Source of the DNA: a virus
Strand: one strand, 5' to 3'
IMG/VR virus record: IMGVR_UViG_3300030110_005581
Length of the DNA: 64,000 bases
Both the position numbers and the translations under genes were made by a program. Positions 17,058-26,595 of this stretch are shown piece by piece (the stretch's first letter is position 1; every line of letters begins with the position of its first letter). The notes under the pieces were generated by a model. It did not search any database, was not told the DNA's origin, and saw only the letters and a list, made by a program, of their open reading frames with translations.

Positions 17058-17067
17058 CAGTTTTTTT

Positions 17068-17098
17068 ATTGATGGGCAGAAAAAATCTGCCCATCAAT
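17068..17098 (-). terminator. Strong hairpin after hsp20 (probable terminator or processing stem)
   Basis: 13-bp perfect inverted repeat (ATTGATGGGCAGA / TCTGCCCATCAAT) 7 nt after the stop codon. It is followed by an A-run rather than a U-run on the coding strand, so it is non-canonical. Confidence 0.55.
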
Positions 17099-17104
17099 GT
17101 TATC

Positions 17105-17536
17105 TCACTTAATGCCAATTCTAAAAGGTTCTGCTTCCGGTCGTGGAGGCACTTCCAATCTCAAGAGGCCATCTTTAAATTCCGCTTTCACACTTTTAAG
17201 ATCTAAATTATTGTCATAATTGACATAGGTCTTGTGAAAGGCTCGACGCGCGATCCTGCGAGATTTAAAGTTTGGTGTCTCCTCATCGCCGTGCGAATCT
17301 GAAGAGACGTGAATCTCCATCTTTTCAGGCAAAACTTCGACATGCAAGTTCTCTTTTTTAAACCCAGCAAGTGCAAATTCCATAACCGTGTTTCCCGAAT
17401 CATCTCGATAAATATCTGCGACGGGATAACCTTCGGTGGTACGCTGCACCCAGGTGTTTGGCATTGAATTAAAAATATCATCAAAAACGTTCCAGCCAAG
17501 AACGCTCGTTCGGTAGTTACTAATTCCAGTACTCAT
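17105..17536 (-). CDS. Small heat-shock protein (Hsp20/alpha-crystallin family)
   Basis: ADIY...VMEFALAGFKKENLHVEV, RRIARRAF and AEFKDGLLRLEVP. Start re-assigned to 17536 on an AAGGAG SD. Confidence 0.9.
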   Translation of the reverse strand: MSTGISNYRTSVLGWNVFDDIFNSMPNTWVQRTTEGYPVADIYRDDSGNTVMEFALAGFKKENLHVEVLPEKMEIHVSSDSHGDEETPNFKSRRIARRAFHKTYVNYDNNLDLKSVKAEFKDGLLRLEVPPRPEAEPFRIGIK

Positions 17537-17600
17537 AATTTTCTCCTTCTTAAGCAAGTACAAATTGAATATTCCTTACGGCAACATTCAACTCCATACA

Positions 17601-17628
17601 AGTATAACAACTAAAATTTATTTGTCAA
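17601..17628 (-). promoter_or_regulatory. Sigma70-type promoter for hsp20
   Basis: TTGACA-N16-TATACT with extended -10 (TG-T-TATACT). Confidence 0.7.
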
Positions 17629-17629
17629 G

Positions 17630-18562
17630 TTATATTTGCATTATTTTTTGTATTAATAATGTGGATTCATCAAAAAGAACTGCCTCGGCCTTTCTTTCCT
17701 CAAACTCTTCTTTTGTCATAATTCCCACATCTTCATACCCAGAAGTGTTTATTTTATATACATCCACTCCGTATGAATTAAGCACGTTAACGATGTTTAA
17801 AGCCTTCTTCTCGGCATCTTGGTCCAGAGCCATGTAAACCTCGTTAGAATGCGTTAGAAGTGCCTTAAACAGGCGAGAATAAGGACTCAGGGTTGAACCC
17901 AAAAGAGGGATAGAATTATCCGCGTTTATGGCATCGAAGGCACCTTCTACCAAAACGACCGGCTTATCCCAATCAACCCACAATTCATTAAATACAATGT
18001 TTTTTGAAGCTGGAGGGTTCTTATATTTTAGCCAATCCTGTCTATAAGTCCTAGCAACGAAATAGTTGCAATGTCCATCCAGATTAAAAGAGGGTATAAT
18101 AATTCTGTTCTTATACTCACCTGATTCACAATATCCAATTTTCCACCTCAATATATCATAACTTGTTACGCCTCGTTTTTTAAGATATTTTAAAGGCTCT
18201 CGCGATGATGCGGGCAAATCTTTGTTGGCGAGGCAAATATATTCTGCCGGCAGGGAAATTCTCTGCTCTTGCTCAAAGGCTTCCTCTTGTTGGAAAAGAT
18301 TATCAAAATCTGAGATGTCAACCTTTTCAAAGAAATTTCCCCAAGCTTTGCGGTGGTGATAATTTCCGAACCTTTTAACCAGATAGAATATATTCCTACC
18401 GCTAGAGTCGCAAACCCAACACTTGTAAGAGTTCTTAGAGATGTTTACCGACATCTTCTTTTTGTGATGATTACAAAAAGGGCACGCAAAGAGGTGCTCA
18501 TCGTTTGATCGATAAAAACTTCCCAACACCTCTTCTAATATTTCAAGCTTCTCAGAATCCAT
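17630..18562 (-). CDS. DNA primase (DnaG-like: zinc finger plus TOPRIM)
   Basis: CPFC-x-H ... CWVC zinc-binding domain; RIIIPSF; TOPRIM motifs LVEGAFDA and MALDQDA. Confidence 0.9.
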   Translation of the reverse strand: MDSEKLEILEEVLGSFYRSNDEHLFACPFCNHHKKKMSVNISKNSYKCWVCDSSGRNIFYLVKRFGNYHHRKAWGNFFEKVDISDFDNLFQQEEAFEQEQRISLPAEYICLANKDLPASSREPLKYLKKRGVTSYDILRWKIGYCESGEYKNRIIIPSFNLDGHCNYFVARTYRQDWLKYKNPPASKNIVFNELWVDWDKPVVLVEGAFDAINADNSIPLLGSTLSPYSRLFKALLTHSNEVYMALDQDAEKKALNIVNVLNSYGVDVYKINTSGYEDVGIMTKEEFEERKAEAVLFDESTLLIQKIMQI

Positions 18563-18568
18563 AGAGAT

Positions 18569-18597
18569 AATCTAACAGAAACAAAAACAAAAGTCAA
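18569..18597 (-). promoter_or_regulatory. Sigma70-type promoter directly abutting the primase ATG
   Basis: TTGACT-N17-TAGATT with extended -10 TG-T. Only 6 nt (ATCTCT) separate the -10 box from ATG, and there is no SD. Confidence 0.65.
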
Positions 18598-19109
18598 GAA
18601 CTTTTAATATGGCCGGCCATGGCTACTACCCAACTATCAGCTTTATCGTAGCAGTGTGGCTTTACATTATTGTGCTTTGTATATTCAATTTCAATTTGTG
18701 GTACGTTCTTGAGTATATGCTCAATAACAACTTGCTTTGCTTTTGTTCCGCGAGGAACTGTGATGCCGCAGGCTTTTCTGGCTGATATTGCTGCTATGTA
18801 CTGTGGTTCAGTCTGCAATATTCTATATACCAGCCATGACACCACCCCATTAAAACGAGCAAGAGTTGACAGAGTTTTAGCCGAAGAGAATCCAGATCTG
18901 AAAGATTGGAGAGATTGTTCGATATATACTCTCTCGATTCCATTACATTTGCTACAAAGCTCTTTAATATTTTTCTCAACATGTGTTACCTTCTCAAAGA
19001 AATTTTTAAATTTTCTAGTATCCCACGCTTCGTTATATATTATGTTACCCTCGTCATCTAAAACGGTGGCTCCAGTTATGCTTGTGGATACATCTAATCC
19101 TAAAATCAT
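18594..19109 (-). CDS. RuvC-like Holliday junction resolvase
   Basis: MILGLDVSTSITG (first catalytic Asp), VYIEQ (Glu) and DKADSWVVAMAG (C-terminal Asp pair). Confidence 0.8.
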   Translation of the reverse strand: MILGLDVSTSITGATVLDDEGNIIYNEAWDTRKFKNFFEKVTHVEKNIKELCSKCNGIERVYIEQSLQSFRSGFSSAKTLSTLARFNGVVSWLVYRILQTEPQYIAAISARKACGITVPRGTKAKQVVIEHILKNVPQIEIEYTKHNNVKPHCYDKADSWVVAMAGHIKSS

Positions 19110-19110
19110 T

Positions 19111-20319
19111 TTATATGTCTAACTTTACTTTAAAAGTGTATGCGAGATCTTCAAGTTTTTTAACTGGCGTTGCTAGTTTTACGGTGCCAATTAATTTTCT
19201 TTGATCATCGAATATACCTATTGTACTAATAAATGTCTGCTTTTTAAAGGAAGAAGAATAATTGCATATTGAACTGCTTATGGTATTCTTAATTGGGATT
19301 GCGCCATTTTCAGAAAAAGATGAACTGCCGAAATTAAACAAACCTTCAGAAGAAGCGCTTTGATATAGTTTGTATGTAGGGTTACTTGAGTGGTTGAGCA
19401 TTCCCTTTGGCGCTGTCATATACATGTCTGTGGTTGTAACTTCGTTTGTGCCCCTAAACTCCATTCTAAAGCTAGCTGATGGCGCTAAATTATTGTCACC
19501 GCTATCATTGGCGCCAGCTGCAAAATCACACCATTGAGCTTTTCTTGTTGCATAGGTGAAATTGTATGTGGCTGGTGTTAAGTCCCAACTTCCGGTTAGT
19601 ACAACAAACCCCTCATTATATAACACAACGCCGGCCACAGAGTTAGAGCCGTTCGTTTGTGCGTATGTATCTCCAGCAGTCTGTATTAATTCCCCATTCT
19701 TGTTTCTGTCTGTCAATTGAGCGACCATAGCTCCAGATATAAAAAACTGTAAGTTTACAGAGCCAGGTTTTATTCCACTGTCAAAAAAGATAGAAGGAAT
19801 ACTCACTAGATTAATTTCTTGTGTGTTTTTATTGCCATAAGAAGAGGAATACGCATAGTGCTCACTTAAATACGTGTAATAGTTTAAAGTGTTTCTTAGG
19901 CCGGAAATATGACGTCGAGTGGCGCCAGAGGCAAATCTTTGCCTGCTAATGCTAGCAGACAAGGGATAAGAGCCGGTAATAACATCGCCATACTGATAAG
20001 ATGTGTTGTATGTAGCATCTGTAATGGTACCAATAGAATTAAATCCGCCATCTTTGGTCGTGAACGGGAAAATTATAGCCTTGACACCACCACCTGCATC
20101 TGGGTCGTAAGTGTGTGCGCTCAAATTTCGATCAATATTCAACTCATACAAACTAACGTGGCCGGTCGGGACCATAGTCACATTATTGTTATAGGCACCA
20201 CTTATGGCGCTCAAAGAGTTTAAATATATACTGCCACTTATAACATCAAAAACATACTGAGGGTGTGTTTTTAAAGTGTTGCGAAGAATGTTTTTGTCTT
20301 CAAACTTATAGTATGGCAT
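19111..20319 (-). CDS. Baseplate/tail-associated structural protein, paralog of 20325..21500
   Basis: Shares IKPGS, NHSSNPTY and a C-terminal IGIFDDQRKLIGTVKLATPVKK...FKVKLDI pattern with the neighbouring gene. Confidence 0.65.
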   Translation of the reverse strand: MPYYKFEDKNILRNTLKTHPQYVFDVISGSIYLNSLSAISGAYNNNVTMVPTGHVSLYELNIDRNLSAHTYDPDAGGGVKAIIFPFTTKDGGFNSIGTITDATYNTSYQYGDVITGSYPLSASISRQRFASGATRRHISGLRNTLNYYTYLSEHYAYSSSYGNKNTQEINLVSIPSIFFDSGIKPGSVNLQFFISGAMVAQLTDRNKNGELIQTAGDTYAQTNGSNSVAGVVLYNEGFVVLTGSWDLTPATYNFTYATRKAQWCDFAAGANDSGDNNLAPSASFRMEFRGTNEVTTTDMYMTAPKGMLNHSSNPTYKLYQSASSEGLFNFGSSSFSENGAIPIKNTISSSICNYSSSFKKQTFISTIGIFDDQRKLIGTVKLATPVKKLEDLAYTFKVKLDI

Positions 20320-20324
20320 AACAT

Positions 20325-21500
20325 TTAATAATCCAACCTCACGCGCAGAGTCAACTCATTGCTTGGAGTTTTCTTCAGCGGTTCAGAAACTTTAGCGACT
20401 GCTAAGAGTTCATTGTTTGGAGAGTAAAGCCCAACAGTTGTGAAGTAAGATACTGGCTGAGCGAATGGATTATTTCCTTTAACTCGAATTTTGCTAGCAG
20501 TTAGGTACGTCGGGTTGGAAGAGTAATTATAATCTCCAGTGTTTGCTCGACAGAAATAAATCGTCGAATTTAATTCAGTAGTATTATTAAACTGCACATT
20601 GACCAATCTGTTTCTCAGGCCATTTGCAAAAGTATCAATACTAGATTGTGACAGGGCGCTTCCAATTGTAGTGGTGACGCCTGGGATACCCCATGATGGT
20701 GCCTGCACATCTGAATACCCAGTAGCCTTCGGACTGTGCGGGGTGAAATTTTTGCGCTCGGATGGGCCATAAAAGGCAAAAGGACTGATAACTGCAATTC
20801 CGGCCTGGTAATATATGTGACCCATCGCGGGATTAGCAGCAGTGCCTATATCTGTTGATGCCGTATACAACAATCCATACTCTCCAGTTGGCGAGTTTAC
20901 TAAAAAGCTAGAAGAGGCGCCATGGTCGGCCAGCGTCAGAGTGTCTGTTCGAACCGACGTAGTGCCACCACTTAAGAAAGTCATGGAGAACCCACCTTTC
21001 TTGATTTCATCTTTCGTTAAGAGTCGAGAAAAATTAACAAAGATTGCTTCATAAAACTTTCTGTTGGCTGCTGTGTGCCCGTTACCGGTATCATTCAAGT
21101 TACCGTCTTGGTCAAAAGCTCTAATATTGCCGCTTATATCATAAGGCATTAAAACTTGAGCCATTTGGTCATAAATGTTTCTTTTCTTTGTATACTGAGC
21201 GGCTGCGGAAAAGGCGGCTTCGCTAATTACTGAGCCTACGCCGGCACCATTGACGGTGCCGTCGACGCCAATCGAGGAGGAGGCAGCTAGGCCAACAGTA
21301 ATATCAAAAATATGATTCGCAGAAGAACTCAAGAACGGATAGTCATATACCGACTGAAACATTCCATGTGCATATGTTTTGATATTATTATCAGAGTATG
21401 TCCCAGAAGCAATTGTTCCTGTAATTGGAATAGCCTCATGGAGTAGCGTTCTAGTGGTTGCTACGTCGTTGTTCATAAATGTCTTAAATGTGGTTGCCAT
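20325..21500 (-). CDS. Baseplate/tail-associated structural protein
   Basis: NYSSNPTY and C-terminal VGLYSPNNELLAVAKVSEPLKK...LRVRLDY, resembling the C-half of tail-collar/fibre-attachment domains. Confidence 0.65.
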   Translation of the reverse strand: MATTFKTFMNNDVATTRTLLHEAIPITGTIASGTYSDNNIKTYAHGMFQSVYDYPFLSSSANHIFDITVGLAASSSIGVDGTVNGAGVGSVISEAAFSAAAQYTKKRNIYDQMAQVLMPYDISGNIRAFDQDGNLNDTGNGHTAANRKFYEAIFVNFSRLLTKDEIKKGGFSMTFLSGGTTSVRTDTLTLADHGASSSFLVNSPTGEYGLLYTASTDIGTAANPAMGHIYYQAGIAVISPFAFYGPSERKNFTPHSPKATGYSDVQAPSWGIPGVTTTIGSALSQSSIDTFANGLRNRLVNVQFNNTTELNSTIYFCRANTGDYNYSSNPTYLTASKIRVKGNNPFAQPVSYFTTVGLYSPNNELLAVAKVSEPLKKTPSNELTLRVRLDY

Positions 21501-21512
21501 ATTTTTCCTTCC

Positions 21513-22505
21513 TTATTGCTTCTTAACGAATCGAATTGGGATATCAATTTTATATCCTGTGGTTGCACCGGTCACCCTAACAATGGTATCGATGTAATAA
21601 AATGTTGTTGCAGTGCCTCCCAGGCTCACAGCAAAAGTACTGCCCAGCCTTTCAAACAAAAAGGTACTAGTTCTCAAGTTGGTTGATGCTCTAATCTTGA
21701 AAGCACAATGTGTGCCTCGGGGCCCCTTCAAAGTTGTGTTGATCAAGTCAGCATTTTTTGCCTGCTTATCGTCACTGTTTAGGGGTGCGACTGGAGTTGA
21801 TTTTACAAAATCGCTAGTGGACAAATAGTAGCTAGCAATATTGTCATCATCTATAAAAGAAAAAGCCGCAGACTTTCCTGGTGTTTGGCCAGCATCGAGT
21901 GCAGTGACATCTGCTGTTGTCAGCGATCCGAGCCTGTTGTCGATCTCCACAATATATTGATTCTCTTGTAGCTCTGCATCAATCTTATATGCGTTGGAAA
22001 TCTCTGAAGTGTTGAGGCCCTGGTCTACACGAATATTCGTCAAGTAATCATTTTCTGGGGCTCCAGGATTGTCGCCGGCCATGAAATTGCCCAATTTGGC
22101 GTTGTTGGCCGCGGCATAAAATAAGTTTGAAGTTGTTTCGTCTACACTTACAATAAAAGACCCAGAGCCAACCAGAGAGTTCATTTTTATAAAGCTCTGC
22201 TCCTGATTAAGCTTGACGACAGGCAAGTAAAGAATATTATTATTTGTAAGCGTAATCAGTTTAGATTTCATGTTTGCGGTGTTGTTTGTAAAAGCCTCCA
22301 AGATTGGGGTTTGAAGAATTTCTAAATCGTAATATGCTGAGCCGCTAGCGTTGGCTGCATTATAGTTACCATAATCAATTTCATCATCGCCAAAAGCGTA
22401 CTTTGTGATCTTAAAAGAGCCATCGCCCTCCGCCAACCTTTTACGCCCTGCGTCTGTTAGTACCGCATCTAATATGATATCGCCACTATTATCTAAATAT
22501 GCCAT
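21513..22505 (-). CDS. Baseplate/tail-associated structural protein
   Basis: AAGGAG SD. N-terminal LTDAGRKRLAEGDGSFKITKYAFGDDEIDY resembles the N-half of tail-collar/fibre-attachment domains. Confidence 0.65.
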   Translation of the reverse strand: MAYLDNSGDIILDAVLTDAGRKRLAEGDGSFKITKYAFGDDEIDYGNYNAANASGSAYYDLEILQTPILEAFTNNTANMKSKLITLTNNNILYLPVVKLNQEQSFIKMNSLVGSGSFIVSVDETTSNLFYAAANNAKLGNFMAGDNPGAPENDYLTNIRVDQGLNTSEISNAYKIDAELQENQYIVEIDNRLGSLTTADVTALDAGQTPGKSAAFSFIDDDNIASYYLSTSDFVKSTPVAPLNSDDKQAKNADLINTTLKGPRGTHCAFKIRASTNLRTSTFLFERLGSTFAVSLGGTATTFYYIDTIVRVTGATTGYKIDIPIRFVKKQ

Positions 22506-22527
22506 AATAATACTCCTTTTGCTTAAT

Positions 22528-22534
22528 TAATTAG
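22528..22534 (-). promoter_or_regulatory. Candidate late promoter CTAATTA
   Basis: Intergenic, 23 nt upstream of the ATG at 22505; the same motif recurs before several structural genes. Confidence 0.55.
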
Positions 22535-22565
22535 TTACTTTTTGTTGTTTTTTCAATTCTTTATT

Positions 22566-25500
22566 TTAACATTTACCTGATTTATAGGTATCGGGTTCGC
22601 CGCTTGAGGACTCATCTAACTTCTGAAGCTTCGCTATATCCTTCAATCTTAAATTCAAGTCAAATTTTTTGCCTGTTTTTTTGCTAGTAAATCTAAATTT
22701 AAATGTCCTTCCCCACGCTGATTTTTGCAAATCTGGATCTCCAATCATCTCGTCCAGCTTTGTAGTTCCAACAAGGTCAACTGCACCAGCTTTATGATTG
22801 ATCAGGGCATCTTCATCCAAAGTGCGATTTTCTTGTGATGGCTCTATTCTAATATACTTCATGAAACTTTTTAAAGGATTGTTTGACTTTTTATTTTGCA
22901 AATCCTCGATAAAAAACATTTTAAATATTGAATAGGGTGCTTCACCATCCTTATCGACAATTCGAACCATATAGACGGGCGAAGGGTTTGAATAATTTCC
23001 ATGAGAATCAACTTCTCTAAAAATGTAATAATAATTTTTGTTTGGAATCAGGGTGTCGTCAATATACCCCAAGTTAGACATACCGTCCCCCACAGATGCA
23101 ATTAGGTGATCGCTGGTGGGAGAAAAGGCGCCATATGATTTGGGCTCTTGCGCGGTTCTTAAAATTTCTATTCTGCCACAGAAATCATCTCCAGAATAAG
23201 TTATTGGTCCTTTAATTTTTCTTTGGCTAATTCTAGACTTTATTTGTGCGACCTCCTCATCCCTGTTCATAAGAATGTGAGTTTTACCCTGATTTCCGCC
23301 GGCGGCGGCAACTGATACTGTGTCGATTGTTATCGGGTAAAGGTCGTATTGACCTATATTAAAATTACAATTTATTAAAACTTTTCCTGTTTCCCCCTGT
23401 AGTGGGACAAAAGAAACATCAGGAAAAATAGGGGGCTTGTCCCACACCAGGGTAGTCTCCAGTGATGTTAAGAAATAGTCACCGCTATAGGTATCTGTTT
23501 CCGTCTCTGGAGTATGTACAGTATTGTTTGCGGATGCAATTGTGTTATAGTAAGGTACTCTTATCAAGTGCACATCCGGCTTGTAAATATAATTTAATTC
23601 AAAACTATACTCCGTATTGAAAATGTTGCCTCCATCCGTCACAATAGGGTCCCCTACAGTTGTGTTTTGGTATTGAGTCCCAACAACAAATGTATGAGCA
23701 TAGACTTGGTAATAATACCCCTTGTCATACTTCACCTGAGTGTCGACATAGTTTGCAATGTCTAGGCCCGGAACGTTCGGAATAAAAAAGCTCTGAATAA
23801 ATGTATCAGGCTTTTGATTTAATTTTTTAGGCTTGGGGCCGCCGATTGGTGCATAGGAAAAGTTTTCCCCCATCTTTTGTTCTTCAGATTTGCCAACACT
23901 GTTTCCAGGCCAATAAGGCGCCTCATCGGTTTCGGAATCTGTCCATGCCCTATATTTAACAACCTCATAAAATAAAACTTCAGAATGGGCCTTTTTGCCT
24001 TGATATACGTCTTTTACGCTTCTCACCGTTTCATTAATAAATTTATTAATTTTTGTTTTTGCAGACGCCCACTTCAAAAGGGCCATTGCGCCGGCAGAAG
24101 TTTTTGGTGGAGCTTTGCCAAAAATAACAGGCTTTAGTACATTTACATCGCCCATTAACACTCCGCCTTTAAACTTTTTTATCTGCTCAATATATTGCGC
24201 TCCGGATCCATCGCTGTGCATCCAATCATAATATTGAGGGGGCAGTCCAGCAAAATAATTTTGATGAAGCTGCGCGGTGCTCACGCCTTTTTTCGTGTCG
24301 GAATAGTCTGCAGGGGATGCATCTAAGTCTAACAAAAGATTAGATTCCAAAACATCATTCAACCAAAGGTGCAAAAGTGTTTCATTAAACATGGTGTTTT
24401 GCTCTGGTTGTATATCTCCTTGTAGCATCTGATTATCTTTTCTAATCACGCATGCCTGTTTAAGTCCGGTTGACATAGCGATGTTTAAATTATCATAAAA
24501 TATTGAAACACTGCTTTGGGCCGGCTCTTCGTTTGAAACGGTATACATGGCTGCCATAACATTTTGCATAAATATATCTGTGAGGCCGGCCTTATACAAA
24601 ACATCGCCCACATATCCACTATTGGCCATCGGCAAATTAATGTCAACGTAGAACGGAAACATCTTTTTTAATTTAGATGCTTCGTCAAAAAAGTCTTTTG
24701 TCTTATAGGCAGAGACGCCAACAACATTATATTTTTTCTGCTGGCTTGAAAACTTAGACCCTTTAACGCTCCCAAGACTACTAAAAAGATCGCCCACAGC
24801 TTGCTTTGTTTTATATTTTTTATAGGCTGGAGCCTGTTCGGCGGCGCCTGGGCCCGCGGGAGTTCCTTCAGGTGCGGGCTTATTAACTTCCCCCATGGTG
24901 GTAACCCAGCCATTTAAATAATCAGCAATATTTTTAACGGGACCTTCGTCAATGTGTTGTTTTTTAGTTCCTATCCCCAAAAACTGACTGAGCGTGTTGT
25001 CTAAGAATTTTGCAGTTAAACCGTACATTTCTTTTTGAGGGTCATCAACATGCAAGTTTCCATTTTCTTTTTTACAATATTTAAAAACTGATGGAGGTAG
25101 CCATGACCCTTGATCATAATACCTAAAATATTTTTCGTCTGATATCTGATCGTATATGAGAGCATAAATATTTGGCAATTGCGGCTCAGGAATGGGCTGC
25201 ATCGTTTTTTGCCCCCCTAGAGGAACTTTTATAGGTAAATTGTTTGTCTGAGGGTAGTCAGAAATTGCCTTTTCATATGGCAATAAATAAAAGTTATAGT
25301 GGGCCTGAATATTGACAGGCGAAGATAATCCTACACTTTCATTTAAATTAGACTGATAAGCGTTCTCTAGAAATGGCTTTTTAATTTCAAATGTTGCGTC
25401 CCTATATGAGCTGTTCCCATAGCTTGTCGGGACGACAAATCCATTTGACGGCTGAAAGGGCCAATCTTGATCCAGGTGTACAAAATTTAATTTCGTCCAC

Positions 25501-26348
25501 TTTTCAGGGCCAGCTTCCTCATAATTTTTGTTAAGTGGTATTAGATTTTGTAAAAAACTATTATCGCTCAGGCTCATGCCCTTCTGCTTTGAGTTAAATT
25601 GCATATGCTCTTTCATCAATTTTAAGCCAGAGCTATATTGTTCGGACTGAAAAAAGCCTGATTCCTTTAAAAAAGGATGCACTTTAGAAAAATAAAGACC
25701 GTCTTTCCATGCCTGCGAATTTTCGTTTGAAAAATCTTTTAGTGCATGTATTTCATATTTGTTAAATGCGTGTGGGGCGCCAGCAGTAAGAGTTCCATTG
25801 GGGGATTTTTCCGCCAAATAAGATACATTAGCAGATGCACGAAGCGGGTCTGCCACGGAGGATGGGGCCGGTAAATTAAAGCTTTCCTGACCTCCGCCTT
25901 TAAAACGCGTGGGGTTGCGGTTTATAGGCGACATCAAGATGGCTATTTGGTTGAGCACAAGCGAGGGCCCCTCAACATCTACAATAATATTATAAGGCGA
26001 GTTTAAATTAACTTGCGTCGACATGCCCCACGGTACCCAAGACTCAGAAGCTATAAAACTACCTTCACCTCCCCAGGCCCATGACGGCAACATAGTCTCC
26101 ATAAGCGCAGAGGCTGCCTTCTCCTGAGCGACTTTAGATGCAGATTTAGTCGATAGAGGGCGATATACATCATTGAGAGTCGCCTCTGGATTATCAGCTT
26201 CAAGGTCCATCGTCCTATAGGGCGTATTAAACGGCACAACCATAATAGTAGACTGGGGCACCTTCATAGAATCAAGTTGGTTGTCGGGTTTTTCAAAAAG
26301 ATCAACCTTTACCATTTCGCCTGTTTCTGGGTCTTTATACCAAGCCAT
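22566..26348 (-). CDS. Large hypothetical structural protein, 1260 aa, with Fn3-like C-terminal modules
   Basis: GGAGG SD. YVDTQVKYDKGYYYQVYA and YIDDTLIPNKNYYYIFREVDSHGNYSNPS resemble Fn3 F/G strands. Confidence 0.7.
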   Translation of the reverse strand: MAWYKDPETGEMVKVDLFEKPDNQLDSMKVPQSTIMVVPFNTPYRTMDLEADNPEATLNDVYRPLSTKSASKVAQEKAASALMETMLPSWAWGGEGSFIASESWVPWGMSTQVNLNSPYNIIVDVEGPSLVLNQIAILMSPINRNPTRFKGGGQESFNLPAPSSVADPLRASANVSYLAEKSPNGTLTAGAPHAFNKYEIHALKDFSNENSQAWKDGLYFSKVHPFLKESGFFQSEQYSSGLKLMKEHMQFNSKQKGMSLSDNSFLQNLIPLNKNYEEAGPEKWTKLNFVHLDQDWPFQPSNGFVVPTSYGNSSYRDATFEIKKPFLENAYQSNLNESVGLSSPVNIQAHYNFYLLPYEKAISDYPQTNNLPIKVPLGGQKTMQPIPEPQLPNIYALIYDQISDEKYFRYYDQGSWLPPSVFKYCKKENGNLHVDDPQKEMYGLTAKFLDNTLSQFLGIGTKKQHIDEGPVKNIADYLNGWVTTMGEVNKPAPEGTPAGPGAAEQAPAYKKYKTKQAVGDLFSSLGSVKGSKFSSQQKKYNVVGVSAYKTKDFFDEASKLKKMFPFYVDINLPMANSGYVGDVLYKAGLTDIFMQNVMAAMYTVSNEEPAQSSVSIFYDNLNIAMSTGLKQACVIRKDNQMLQGDIQPEQNTMFNETLLHLWLNDVLESNLLLDLDASPADYSDTKKGVSTAQLHQNYFAGLPPQYYDWMHSDGSGAQYIEQIKKFKGGVLMGDVNVLKPVIFGKAPPKTSAGAMALLKWASAKTKINKFINETVRSVKDVYQGKKAHSEVLFYEVVKYRAWTDSETDEAPYWPGNSVGKSEEQKMGENFSYAPIGGPKPKKLNQKPDTFIQSFFIPNVPGLDIANYVDTQVKYDKGYYYQVYAHTFVVGTQYQNTTVGDPIVTDGGNIFNTEYSFELNYIYKPDVHLIRVPYYNTIASANNTVHTPETETDTYSGDYFLTSLETTLVWDKPPIFPDVSFVPLQGETGKVLINCNFNIGQYDLYPITIDTVSVAAAGGNQGKTHILMNRDEEVAQIKSRISQRKIKGPITYSGDDFCGRIEILRTAQEPKSYGAFSPTSDHLIASVGDGMSNLGYIDDTLIPNKNYYYIFREVDSHGNYSNPSPVYMVRIVDKDGEAPYSIFKMFFIEDLQNKKSNNPLKSFMKYIRIEPSQENRTLDEDALINHKAGAVDLVGTTKLDEMIGDPDLQKSAWGRTFKFRFTSKKTGKKFDLNLRLKDIAKLQKLDESSSGEPDTYKSGKC

Positions 26349-26352
26349 TTAT

Positions 26353-26580
26353 TTAATAGCCTCCTCCGCCACCTGTGTACGCCTGCTCAATTTCATCATA
26401 ATCAAGGTCGCGGTCAAGATCTGGGCGGCTGCTTACGCTAACAAAGTCAAAACTAGCCATTTGTTGTTCAAAATCCTTATTGGTCTCAGGAACATCAAAC
26501 ATAAAGCCGGTACAAACGTACTCCGCCCCTATTTGTGCAATTTGTTCCGGGTTTTTTAAGTCTACTATAGTTAAAGCCAT
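26353..26580 (-). CDS. Small acidic hypothetical protein, 75 aa
   Basis: AAGGAG SD, tight spacing to both neighbours, ends in TGGGGGY. Confidence 0.7.
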   Translation of the reverse strand: MALTIVDLKNPEQIAQIGAEYVCTGFMFDVPETNKDFEQQMASFDFVSVSSRPDLDRDLDYDEIEQAYTGGGGGY

Positions 26581-26595
26581 TTTTAAACTCCTTTT

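Noticed and set aside
16926-17104. tRNA or known ncRNA in the longest intergenic gap
   Set aside because: No cloverleaf, T-loop (GTTCRA) or CCA end; the gap is explained by a hairpin, a promoter and a leader.
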